A DNA stretch of 64,000 nucleotides, taken from contig OZ250165.1 of assembly GCA_965238005.1 (NCBI GenBank), positions 2,688,001 to 2,752,000 on the forward strand, given 5' to 3'. Made by a program: the position numbers and the translations under genes. Shown here piece after piece: positions 55,206-64,000 of the stretch; within the stretch, counting starts at the first letter, position 1, and each line of letters starts with the position of its first letter. Below the pieces are notes generated by a model. That model ran no database searches. It was not told where the DNA came from and saw only the letters and a program-made list of their open reading frames with translations. Source of the stretch: Longimicrobiales bacterium (GTDB lineage Bacteria; Gemmatimonadota; Gemmatimonadetes; Longimicrobiales; Gaopeijiaceae).

Positions 55206-57782
55206 TCACAATGTCCCCCGAAACAGCATCTCGTTCAGCCGCGCCTGCCACTCGTCCTCATCCACGACCTCGAAGCGCAGCACCTTGCTTCGCATCGCGG
55301 GCGCGAACTCGGCCCAATCGGCCTTGCGGGCGTGCTCGCTGCAGATGTCGAAGACGGACCGCTTGTATTCGGTATCCTCAGACGCCTTCAGGTGAACACC
55401 CTTGGTTTCGACCACGAACACCTGGTGGAAGCCGTCGTCCGCCCCGGGCTCGTCGCTCTGCAGTGTCACGATGAAGTCGGCGTAGATCCGGCGCGGCTTC
55501 CATCCCTGCACGTAATAGTCCTTGCGGGCGCGGTTGCGGTACCAGAAGAACAGCCGCGCCTGCTGGTCCAGGTAGGTCGCGACCTTGTTCTCGAACTGGT
55601 TGAGATCGTCCTCCGTGGTAACGTCGAAGAGGTTGCGCTGGTAGGGACTGCCGTCCTCTCGGTTCGCCTGCTTCGCCTTCGGGCCCTCGATCTTCTCGGG
55701 CAGGCGACCGAATTCAAGATCCTCTGCGACGACCAGAAAACGCATCCTTCCCGACTCTAGGAGGGCACGGAAGACCTCGCGCGACAGGCGGTCGCGCTCC
55801 ATCTCGACCTGTCGGCGCAGCTCTTCAAGGACGAACACATGATTGGCCGCCACCCGCTTGGTTGGGTAACGCTTGAGCAGGACCTCGAAGGTGCGTCGGG
55901 CGAGATCGCGGCCCCACCACGGGTTGGGAACCAGGTCCAGGAGGTGGCTGGCCGCGAAAAAGTAGTCCACGGGATCGCCGCCGTTACCCGAGTCGGCGGC
56001 GGGGGGGGCTTCGACGTTTCCGGGATCACCGCCGTTCGGGACGCCCGGCTCCACAACACGTTCCTCGGTCAGGTTCGCCCGGAGCAGGTCATCTCCCCCT
56101 CGCCCCTCGTCCAGCGTCAGATCGTCCAGCGCGGAGAGGTCGATGTCGTCCCAAGGCAACCGCGAAAGGATGTCCGCCTCGTAATGGACCAGACGCCAGC
56201 CGTCCACATCCCGGATCATGAACGCGGGAAAGACGAGATCACGCGCCGCCGCTCTATACGGCGTGCGCTGCCGGGTCGCCAGCTTCTCCGTTGGGCGCGT
56301 CGGGCCGCCATCGGATACCACCCTCCCTTCGAGGCCCTGCAACCCCTCCAACCCGAACCCCTTCCTGACCTCTTTCAGCAGTTCGTTTCCCCGGCGGCTG
56401 AAGCAGAAGACGTAGCTCTCGTCAAGCAGGGGCACTCCCGTCTTGCACGCGTAGGGCTGCCGCAGGATCCGGCCCACCAACTGGGTGATCCCCGTTTTCG
56501 ACATCGGGTTGGTGAGGATAGTGAGGACGTAGGCGAACGGGCAGTCCCAGCCCTCCTGCAACGCTTGTTTGGTGATGATGAAGCGGATCGGACAGTCGCG
56601 GGACATCAGGCCACCAACGTCGTCCACCTCCTTGAGTTCGTCCTTCACGCTAGTCTTGACCGCAATGTGCTCCGGAGCGATTCCCGGGTGCTGGAGCAGG
56701 TACTCGCGCACATCATCGGTGTGCACGTACCCGGGCTTCCTCTGCTCCTTGCCGGTCCGCTCCACCTGGATTACGCAGATGGGACGGATGTAGGTCCCGG
56801 ACTCGGCTTCACGAAGCCGCGCCTCGGCCTCGAGAGTTTCGCGGTGTTCGACCGACTCCAGCAGCGTGCCGCGCCAGTCACCGCTCGCCTTGTTACGGAT
56901 GTGCAGGTCGAGCTTGATCATCTCCTCAGCGTTGAGTTCCCGGCCCAGGATCTCGACGAGCACGTTGGCAGCGTTGGCCGGAGTGGCCGAAAGCTCGACG
57001 ATCATGCAGGGGTTGAACCCTTCGAGCGTTGCCTTCGCGTTGACGCTGTAGGCCTTGTGTCCCTCGTCGAGGATAATCAGCGGTCGCAGCAGCCGCACGG
57101 TGTTCCCGAGGGATGTCTTGATGTAGCGGCCCCAGAACCCCGTCGTTTGCTCGAAGGTGTCCAGATTGGGGTGTTCCTCAAGCAGTTTGGCGTGCGCGGC
57201 GGGATCGTCGTCCGGGGGGAAGAACCTGTCGAAGCCGCCGCTGTCGCGGAACATCCGGAGCGTATCCTTCGTCCGCCGGTTAGCCGACGGGAGCATGAGC
57301 AGGAGGATGCATAGGTTCTCGGCGACATCGCGCGGGCCGAACGCCATAGTCTTCTCGAAGATGCGCGTGCGCTGACCCGAAGAAAGGTCGAGCTGCTGCC
57401 GGTACGGGTGGTCGCGGTCCTTGAGCGCCCTGAGCGTCTGGTTGTAGATCTGCGTCGTGGGCACGATCCACAGCACCAGGCCGCGCCGGCTCTGCCGGAA
57501 TTGCGCGTTGACGAGATCGATCACCCGCGTCGCGAGCAGCGTCTTGCCGCCGCCGGTCGGGATCTTGAGGCAGAAGGCGGGAAGCTGCTCGCCGAGTCCG
57601 TTGCGGCGGGGGTGGTAGGGCCGCCCGGCCACGGTCTTGCCCCAAGCCCGCTGCACCCAGTCGAACCGCCATTCGGAGTCCTGGCTTCGCGCCGCCGCGT
57701 CCTTCTCCCGCCACACCGCAAGCTGTTCGAGGAAGCTGCGGACCGTCGCCAGCGTCTGCTTCTGGTATTCCTTCAGGATCAT
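55206..57782 (-). CDS. res: Type III restriction endonuclease Res
   Basis: PTGGGKT, DEGH, SAT, EGWDCP, QLVGRILR and ADF...VETKG. Confidence 0.88.
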   Translation of the reverse strand: MILKEYQKQTLATVRSFLEQLAVWREKDAAARSQDSEWRFDWVQRAWGKTVAGRPYHPRRNGLGEQLPAFCLKIPTGGGKTLLATRVIDLVNAQFRQSRRGLVLWIVPTTQIYNQTLRALKDRDHPYRQQLDLSSGQRTRIFEKTMAFGPRDVAENLCILLLMLPSANRRTKDTLRMFRDSGGFDRFFPPDDDPAAHAKLLEEHPNLDTFEQTTGFWGRYIKTSLGNTVRLLRPLIILDEGHKAYSVNAKATLEGFNPCMIVELSATPANAANVLVEILGRELNAEEMIKLDLHIRNKASGDWRGTLLESVEHRETLEAEARLREAESGTYIRPICVIQVERTGKEQRKPGYVHTDDVREYLLQHPGIAPEHIAVKTSVKDELKEVDDVGGLMSRDCPIRFIITKQALQEGWDCPFAYVLTILTNPMSKTGITQLVGRILRQPYACKTGVPLLDESYVFCFSRRGNELLKEVRKGFGLEGLQGLEGRVVSDGGPTRPTEKLATRQRTPYRAAARDLVFPAFMIRDVDGWRLVHYEADILSRLPWDDIDLSALDDLTLDEGRGGDDLLRANLTEERVVEPGVPNGGDPGNVEAPPAADSGNGGDPVDYFFAASHLLDLVPNPWWGRDLARRTFEVLLKRYPTKRVAANHVFVLEELRRQVEMERDRLSREVFRALLESGRMRFLVVAEDLEFGRLPEKIEGPKAKQANREDGSPYQRNLFDVTTEDDLNQFENKVATYLDQQARLFFWYRNRARKDYYVQGWKPRRIYADFIVTLQSDEPGADDGFHQVFVVETKGVHLKASEDTEYKRSVFDICSEHARKADWAEFAPAMRSKVLRFEVVDEDEWQARLNEMLFRGTL

Positions 57783-59398
57783 TGTTCCAGCCTATCGATC
57801 GCTTCGTAGATCTGGAAGGGGAGCTGCTGGAAGTCGATCCGGTACTTGTGAAGGAACTCGCGATCGAGGTACTTGGTGGGCGCGAAGACGAGCTTCCTTC
57901 TCGATCCGGAGGGCAGGGTGCGGGCCATTGGCAACGAAAGCGCGAGATTCTTGAGCTTGTCGACATCGGGCTCGTAGAAGAGGAAGACATCGTGGGACGC
58001 GGTGCGCCCGACGAATCCGGTGTCAAAGTTGGTCTCGGTCGGGTCGAACTCCTGTCCGGTCGCCGTGAAGAAGATGTAGGAGGCCAGTTTCTCCCACGAC
58101 GGCAGGTGGGAGCCGTCGAGGAGCGACTCCTGGCGCATGGGGCGCCCAAGCTCGAAGTAGCTGAAGGTGCCGCCGAGGCCGGCCTTGAGGGCATCGTCCC
58201 TGGCGCTCGGAACCCCTTGAATGACGCGCCGAACGCGCTCGGCGGTGATGGTGTTGGCGTAGTCCTCGCACTCGACGAGGATGAAGCGCCGGTTGCCGCC
58301 GTCTTCCCGGTTTTGGGCGAGAACGGCGTGGGCCGTGGTGCCCGAACCGGCGAAGGAATCTAGGATGATCGAGTCGGGGTCGGTGGACAGGAGTACCATC
58401 CGCTGGATGAGCTCGAAGGGCTTGGTGGTGAAGCCGGGCAGCTCTTCCGGGAAGAGCTGTAGCAGCGTCTTCTTCGCACCCTGTGTGTGGTTGACTTCCT
58501 TGTAAGTCCAGATTGTCTCCGGGACCAATCCCGGCTGCACCTCGGACAGAAACCGTTTGATGGCGGGAACCTGGTTCTCGTCGCTACCCCAGAAGATCTG
58601 GTTGTCCTTGTCCAGTTCCCGGAAGCTGTCCTCCGAGACGGACCAGAATCGTCCAGCCGGGGGGCCATCGATGACCCGCCCCCCCGGACACCTAATCGCG
58701 TAGGTGCCCTTGCTATAGGGATTGCGTGCAGAAAGATCGCTGGACTTCCAAGATCCGCGTGGATCGTCATCCGGGTTCCCATAGCGTGCGTCGGCCTCCT
58801 TCGTCCGCGGAAGCAAGTTTCTCTTGAACAACTCCCTTCGTTTCGCGTACACGACCACGAAGTCGTGGTTTTCTGAGAAGTACTTCGCGCTGCTCTTCGG
58901 AGAGTACACTTTCTCCCAAATGATGGTCGCCACAAAGTTCTCCTCCCCGAACACCTCGTCCATCAGACAGCGCAGATGGTGCACCTCGTTGTCGTCGATG
59001 GACACGAAGATCGCCCCGTCCTCCCGGAGCAGTTCGCGGAGCAGCTTCAAGCGCGGCATCAACATGCAGCACCACTTGTCGTGCCGGGTCAGGTCATCGC
59101 GGTCCACCACCCGGCCCAGCCAGTCCCGCATGAGGGGCGAATTCACGTTGTCGTTGTACGCCCAGCCCTCGTTGCCCGTGTTGTAGGGCGGATCGATGTA
59201 GACGCACTTTACCTTTCCGTGATAGGTCGGCAGCAGAGACTTCAGCGCGGCCAAGTTGTCGCCGTGGACGATCAGGTTGTCGTGGAGGCTCGCCTTCTCG
59301 CTCAGCCCGTTCTCTCGCGCCGGCAGCAGCTCGTGGAAGGGTACGGCCAGGTGATGGTTCTCTACGAATACCTTCCCCTTGAAGTGGAGCCGTGGCAA
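57779..59398 (-). CDS. mod: Type III DNA methyltransferase Mod
   Basis: GDNL, YIDPPYN, SIDDNE and LDSFAGSGTT; ATGA overlap with res. Confidence 0.9.
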   Translation of the reverse strand: MPRLHFKGKVFVENHHLAVPFHELLPARENGLSEKASLHDNLIVHGDNLAALKSLLPTYHGKVKCVYIDPPYNTGNEGWAYNDNVNSPLMRDWLGRVVDRDDLTRHDKWCCMLMPRLKLLRELLREDGAIFVSIDDNEVHHLRCLMDEVFGEENFVATIIWEKVYSPKSSAKYFSENHDFVVVYAKRRELFKRNLLPRTKEADARYGNPDDDPRGSWKSSDLSARNPYSKGTYAIRCPGGRVIDGPPAGRFWSVSEDSFRELDKDNQIFWGSDENQVPAIKRFLSEVQPGLVPETIWTYKEVNHTQGAKKTLLQLFPEELPGFTTKPFELIQRMVLLSTDPDSIILDSFAGSGTTAHAVLAQNREDGGNRRFILVECEDYANTITAERVRRVIQGVPSARDDALKAGLGGTFSYFELGRPMRQESLLDGSHLPSWEKLASYIFFTATGQEFDPTETNFDTGFVGRTASHDVFLFYEPDVDKLKNLALSLPMARTLPSGSRRKLVFAPTKYLDREFLHKYRIDFQQLPFQIYEAIDRLEQ

Positions 59399-59736
59399 GG
59401 AGCCCTCCTTTGGCGCGTCCAGAGTGTCTCAAGCGCTCCGCCCGCTAGCATCGGACGGATGTTCACCCCCCAAAACTAATGCCTCATGCCCCGGCCGCGC
59501 AGGTCACGCGGCGGTCGTCCGCAGCCGATCCCGTGCCCGTTCCGCCTGCCTCTAGGCCCGGTCGCGTTCGATCCCCCGGCGTCATCTCTGTTGAACCCTG
59601 CGGGGGCGTTTGCCGTGCCGCTGGCGGCGGTGTCCAACAGCCCCTGTACCGTACTGAACGTCTCTGAACGCCACAGGCATTTAGGAGGTTTTCTACGGGT
59701 TGACTTCCTTGCAAACGGCTCCTCACCGTTAGGGGC

Positions 59737-60711
59737 ATGGAGACGCGGAAGCAGCAGTTCAACTCGGCGGCGAGCGATGCGATCGTCCACCTCCAGGGAC
59801 GCGAACAGGCGCTCGCGCCATTCGGCTGGACGGGAGAAAAGGCCGGGTGGATCGCGTTCGTCTGCCTCCACAGCGGCGCGTTCACCCGCGCCCAGTGCGC
59901 GCGGTTCCTTGAAGCGCACCCCGAACAGGTGCGGCGCGTCGTCCACGCCCTGATCGCGCAGGGCCTGGCCGCCGAGGAGACCGTGCCCGACGTCCGCGGG
60001 ATCGGCCGCGTGTGCCGGATCCATGCACGGAGCCTCTATCGCGCGCTCGGAGCCGAGCACATCCGCCACCGCCGCGACGCCTCTCCAGAGGTGCTCATGC
60101 GGCGCCTGCTCTCGCTCGACTACGTCATCGATCATCCCGGCCTGCCGTGGCTTGCCACCGAAGCCGAGAAGGTCGCCGCGTTCGAGGCCCTCGACATCGA
60201 CCGGGGGCTGCTGCCCGTCAGGGTGTACCGGGGAGCCGCCAGCACCGCGCGGCGCTACTTCCCGGTCAAGCTGCCGGTCGCGCTGGACGCCGAGCGCGCC
60301 GTCTTCGTCTACGCCGATCCCGGCCACGATACCGCGACCGCGCTCCGCTCCTGGGGCGTGGCGCACCGCCAACTCTGGTACGCGCTCCGGAGACAAGGCA
60401 GGTCAGTTGAGGTCGTCGTCGCCGCGCGCACGCATCGGGAGATGGAGCGGGCGCGGCAGGTCATGCGAGGCTGGGCCAGGCCTTCCGGCCACGCCGAACC
60501 CGCCCCCGAGGTCCGTGAGGAACTCGACCGGATCGAGCGGGCCATTCTCGAGGGCGCGGTCCAGATCCTCGAAGAGTTCGGCGGCCTCCAGGCCGCCATG
60601 AAGCGCAGCGTCGCGCTCACGAAACAGGCACGGCGACAGGCCGTCCACGGATCGATCCGCCGGGGCAGCACATGGCGGACCGCGCGCCTCGCCGGGGCTC
60701 GCTACCGATGA
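59737..60711 (+). CDS. wHTH-containing mobile-element protein of unknown function
   Basis: Long ORF paralogous to 24024-24272; first 10 codons derive from the HTH-AlpA gene start. Confidence 0.65.
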   Translation: METRKQQFNSAASDAIVHLQGREQALAPFGWTGEKAGWIAFVCLHSGAFTRAQCARFLEAHPEQVRRVVHALIAQGLAAEETVPDVRGIGRVCRIHARSLYRALGAEHIRHRRDASPEVLMRRLLSLDYVIDHPGLPWLATEAEKVAAFEALDIDRGLLPVRVYRGAASTARRYFPVKLPVALDAERAVFVYADPGHDTATALRSWGVAHRQLWYALRRQGRSVEVVVAARTHREMERARQVMRGWARPSGHAEPAPEVREELDRIERAILEGAVQILEEFGGLQAAMKRSVALTKQARRQAVHGSIRRGSTWRTARLAGARYR

Positions 60712-61027
60712 GCGGGGCGCGACTTACGGCCGGACTGGAGTGCGCAAACGACGTGGGGGTGCGATTCACACTTTGGCCCTCCGGCGATTCACAGGGGCCT
60801 TCCCGCGTATCCACTGGCGGGGCCGTGTCTTGCGCATCCGTGGCCCGGACGGCCGGCGCCGCGCGGGCCGCACCGGCCGTGGCGGGAGCGACCCCCCCTT
60901 CGGGATGCCTGGTACGGCATCGGGGAGGGTTGACATGTGCACGCACCTGCCACCCCTCCCCGGCGGGGTCGCTCCCGGCCAGATATCCCTCCGGGAAGGG
61001 TTTTCAACGCCGCTGCCAGGCGGCGGA

Positions 61028-62410
61028 TCACCCAGTTCGCCGACCGTCCAGCCGGTGTGTCGGCGCTACCGCGAAGGACCCGGGCGGGGAGCTGGGGACA
61101 GGGCCGACCGTGGGAGGCACGGCTCCAGCTACCGGGAACGGCGGGCCGTGAGTTGGTGTTCCGGGATCCCCGGCGACGTTGGTATTTCGGAAAGCCCCGG
61201 TTCCGTGAGTCGCCTCGATCTCTTCCCCGGCTCTGAGCCGGTCCAGATAGTCGGCCCAGGCCTGCATCATCACGCGGCGCTCGGGCAGGAACGCCGTCCG
61301 GTTGTAGGCCCGGCCGTTGGGGTCCCTGACCCGGTGGGCCAGCTGGTGCTCGATGAAGTCGGGCCGGAAGCCCAGCACCTCGTCCAAGATGGTGCGCGCC
61401 ATCGCCCGGAAGCCATGCGGCGTCATCCGTTCCGGAGGGATGTCCAAGGCCCGGAACGCCCCCCAAAAGGTGGTGTTGCTCATCGTCCGGTCGCGTTGCC
61501 GATAGCGCGCATTCGGGAACACGTAGCGGTGGTGCCCCGTCACGGGATGCAACTCGCGAAGGATCTCGACCGCCTGACGCGCCAGTGGGACCACATGCGG
61601 CGTGTCGGTCTTGGTCGCCGTGTAGCGCCACTCGGCTCCATCGAGGTCGATGTCGGCCCATTCGGCCTTGCGCAACTCGCCGGGCCGCACGAAGAGCAGC
61701 GGCACCAGACGCAGCGCGCACCGCACCGGCAGCGTGCCCGGGTAGCCGTCCAGGAGCCGGAGAAGCGGGCCGACCTCCTTCGGGTCGGTGATCGCCGGGA
61801 AGTGCTTCCGCTTCACCGGAGGGAAGGCTCCGCGCAGGTCCCCCGACACGTCCCGCTCCGCTCGGCCCGTTGCCACCGCATAGCGCAGCACCCGCCCACA
61901 GACCTGAAGCGTGCGATGCGCCGTGTCCAGGGTGCCGCGGGCTTCGATGCGGCGCAGCGCGGCCAGCAGCTCCGGTGCCGTGAGCTCCGCGACCGGCTTC
62001 TCTCCGATCCACGGGAAGACATCCTTACCCAGATCGCGCTCGAGTCGCCGAGCGTAGCTCGCGCACCAGTTCGGCGAGTGCTTGGCGAGCCATTCAGCGG
62101 CCACGGCCTCGAAGCTGTTCCTGGCCCATTGCCGCTTCGACTGCTTCTGCGCCTTCCGGTAGGCGCTCGGGTCGATGTCCCGGGCCAGCAGCTTGCGGGA
62201 ATCGTCGCGCCGCTCGCGGGCGAGCTTCAGCGAGACCTCGGGATAGATGCCCATCGAGATGCGCTTCTCCTTCTCGGCGAAACGGTACTTGAAGCGCCAG
62301 GCCTTGGTGCCGCGCGGGGCGATCTCGAGGTACAGGCCGCGGCTGTCGTAGAGCTTGCGCGGCTTGTCGCGGGGCTTGGCCTTTCGGATGGCGGTGTCGG
62401 TCAGCGGCAT
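61028..62410 (-). CDS. P4-type tyrosine integrase
   Basis: MPLTDTAIRKAKP...GLYL, RPGELR, HGFRAMART and QLAH...AYNR. Confidence 0.92.
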   Translation of the reverse strand: MPLTDTAIRKAKPRDKPRKLYDSRGLYLEIAPRGTKAWRFKYRFAEKEKRISMGIYPEVSLKLARERRDDSRKLLARDIDPSAYRKAQKQSKRQWARNSFEAVAAEWLAKHSPNWCASYARRLERDLGKDVFPWIGEKPVAELTAPELLAALRRIEARGTLDTAHRTLQVCGRVLRYAVATGRAERDVSGDLRGAFPPVKRKHFPAITDPKEVGPLLRLLDGYPGTLPVRCALRLVPLLFVRPGELRKAEWADIDLDGAEWRYTATKTDTPHVVPLARQAVEILRELHPVTGHHRYVFPNARYRQRDRTMSNTTFWGAFRALDIPPERMTPHGFRAMARTILDEVLGFRPDFIEHQLAHRVRDPNGRAYNRTAFLPERRVMMQAWADYLDRLRAGEEIEATHGTGAFRNTNVAGDPGTPTHGPPFPVAGAVPPTVGPVPSSPPGSFAVAPTHRLDGRRTG

Positions 62411-62579
62411 GTTGGGGCACCGGTTGAGGTTTCAGGAATATGCCCCAAAACATGCCCCAGAAAAGTCGTGGCTGTCAAGGGGTGGCACTGGATGTTCCGG
62501 AGTATGAGAAATCTCCCAACTCATTATATATCACTGTTTATGTGTACACTAAGGAGCATTACTGCACGTCAATGGATGC

Positions 62580-63342
62580 GCCGGTGCAGTTCGACGATCC
62601 AGCGCACGAGATTCGTATAGGCTTGCTGCCAGAACGGTTCGCGGCTCTTGCCGAAGAGCTGGTTGATCAGGGAGGCGACGCTGTAGGCGAGCGAGTAGGT
62701 ATCGAGGAGGGGATCGTCGAGCGGGTTCCACTGCCAGGCGCCGTCGAGCCCGATCTCCACGTAGTCGTCCCCGCGCCCGGCGTCCCCGAGGATCCGGCGC
62801 ACCGCGTGGCAGAAGTCGCCCTTGACCTCGAGCACCAAGGCGCTGGCCCGGCGTGCGGGCCGGTCGGCCTGCCACGAGAGGAGCTGCTGGGCGAACGGAT
62901 ACATGCAGGCCGAGGTCTTGCCGGAGCCGACGGCGCCGACGATCAGGATGCCGGTGTAGAGCCCCGTCTCGGGAACGACGAGCCAGGAGGGCCGCTCGCT
63001 CTCGCGCGGGACGACGGGATGGTGGAGCTCGCCGATCACCAGCGATGGTGTCTCGTCCTCGGGCGAGGCGGGCCAGGGTGGCAACGTGCCCCGGCGCCCT
63101 CCTCCCGCTCGTGGCTGGAGCCAGACTCTCCAGACCGAGAGGCCGAGGCTGCCGAAGAGCACCACGGCGACGGCGGGCGCCACGTAGTACCAGACGCGGA
63201 TCACCGTGTGGAAGCCCGGATCGTGGTAGGCGATGAGGTCGAGCACGGGATTACCGCCGCTGGCGGGAAACGGCGCCCAGAAGGCGTGGGCGATCGCGGC
63301 CGCGGCGGCGGCGCCAGCCAGGATCAGCGCGGGCCGCCTCAT
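62580..63342 (-). pseudogene. VirD4/TraD-type coupling protein, N-terminal half
   Basis: Two transmembrane segments; GAVGSGKT Walker A; VLEVKGD, WNPL and PFW. Confidence 0.82.
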
Positions 63343-63528
63343 CGCTGTGACAACCTTCCCGTAGGGCTGCATGGTAGGATATTACCATTATGTCCAGCCA
63401 AGGCCCGTAACGCACATAACTGACGTGTTTATATTGACCTATAACGATACATGAGGATATGTCCTGTCCCATGCCGCTCCGCTCCATCCCCTTGCATCCA
63501 CCATATGATGGTGGATATATTGGCGGGT

Positions 63529-64000
63529 ATGGCACTCCCCAACCGACCTCCGCAACGCAAGCCGCGCGGCCAACATCCCCACAACGCGCTCACGCCCGCC
63601 TTCGTCCGCAACGTGAGCCAGGCCGGACGATATTGCGACGGCCAGGGCCTCTATCTCGATGTCCGGCCCACGGGTAGCCGGGGCTGGGTGCAGCGCCTCA
63701 CGATCCGGGGCCGCCGAACCGAGCTCGGGCTCGGCGGATTCCCCCTCGTCTCGCTGAAGGAAGCGCGCGAGAAGGCGTTCGCGAACCGGAAGCTGGCCCG
63801 CGACGGTGGTGACCTCCTGGCCGAGAAGCGGCGGGCCGAGTCGATGCCCACCTTCGCGGAGGCGGCGCGGCAGGTCTGGAACCAGCTGCGGCCGGGCTGG
63901 CGCTCCCCTCAGCATGCGCAGCTCTGGCTGAAGAGCCTGGAGCGCTACGCCATCCCCCGCATCGGGGAGATGCCGATATCGGAGGTGACGAGCGCCGACG
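63529..64000 (+). CDS. P4-type tyrosine integrase, truncated by the window edge
   Basis: HPHNALT.AFVR...DGQGLYL...LGLGGFPLVSL.EARE; homologous to the 44819 integrase. Confidence 0.85.
   Translation, partial: MALPNRPPQRKPRGQHPHNALTPAFVRNVSQAGRYCDGQGLYLDVRPTGSRGWVQRLTIRGRRTELGLGGFPLVSLKEAREKAFANRKLARDGGDLLAEKRRAESMPTFAEAARQVWNQLRPGWRSPQHAQLWLKSLERYAIPRIGEMPISEVTSAD

Larger units (their letters stand above)
48160..62588. mobile_element. 14.4-kb integrative element inserted in the coupling-protein gene
   Basis: GCCGGTGCA direct repeats at 48160 and 62580; paired TGCCCC(C)A motifs near 48233-48252 and 62441-62460; integrase at the right end. Confidence 0.88.

Overview
GC-rich bacterial DNA. The kinase stub, Big_2 and PD40 lipoproteins suggest a Gemmatimonadota-like host (inference). 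After about 4.4 kb of signalling and lipoprotein genes, the rest of the window is a nested mobile and defence island. A minus-strand conjugation operon (VirD4-type coupling protein, VirB11/TrbB ATPase, small acidic protein, ArdC, Replic_Relax-type nuclease/relaxase, membrane protein) has three genes cut by insertions. A 14.4-kb integrase element sits in the coupling-protein gene (9-bp direct repeat GCCGGTGCA), a 6.25-kb integrase element sits in the VirB11 His-box (7-bp repeat TGAGCGA), and an IS1182 sits in the relaxase gene. Removing each insert restores an intact ORF. A ColE1-type oriT motif (TAAGCCAG plus hairpin) occurs five times, beside integrase ends or mobC remnants; one copy is split in its hairpin loop by nested group II intron 3' ends. 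Cargo is dominated by defence-type genes: PLD-SNF2 helicase plus ISP-like methyltransferase, yeeABC with dinJ-yafQ inserted, Type III RM, two HEPN AbiU2-like genes, a UDG-fold/Nmad-like/DUF429 cluster and an HhH-GPD glycosylase. A giant autotransporter-like adhesin is also present. All family calls come from motif recognition by eye, not from database searches.
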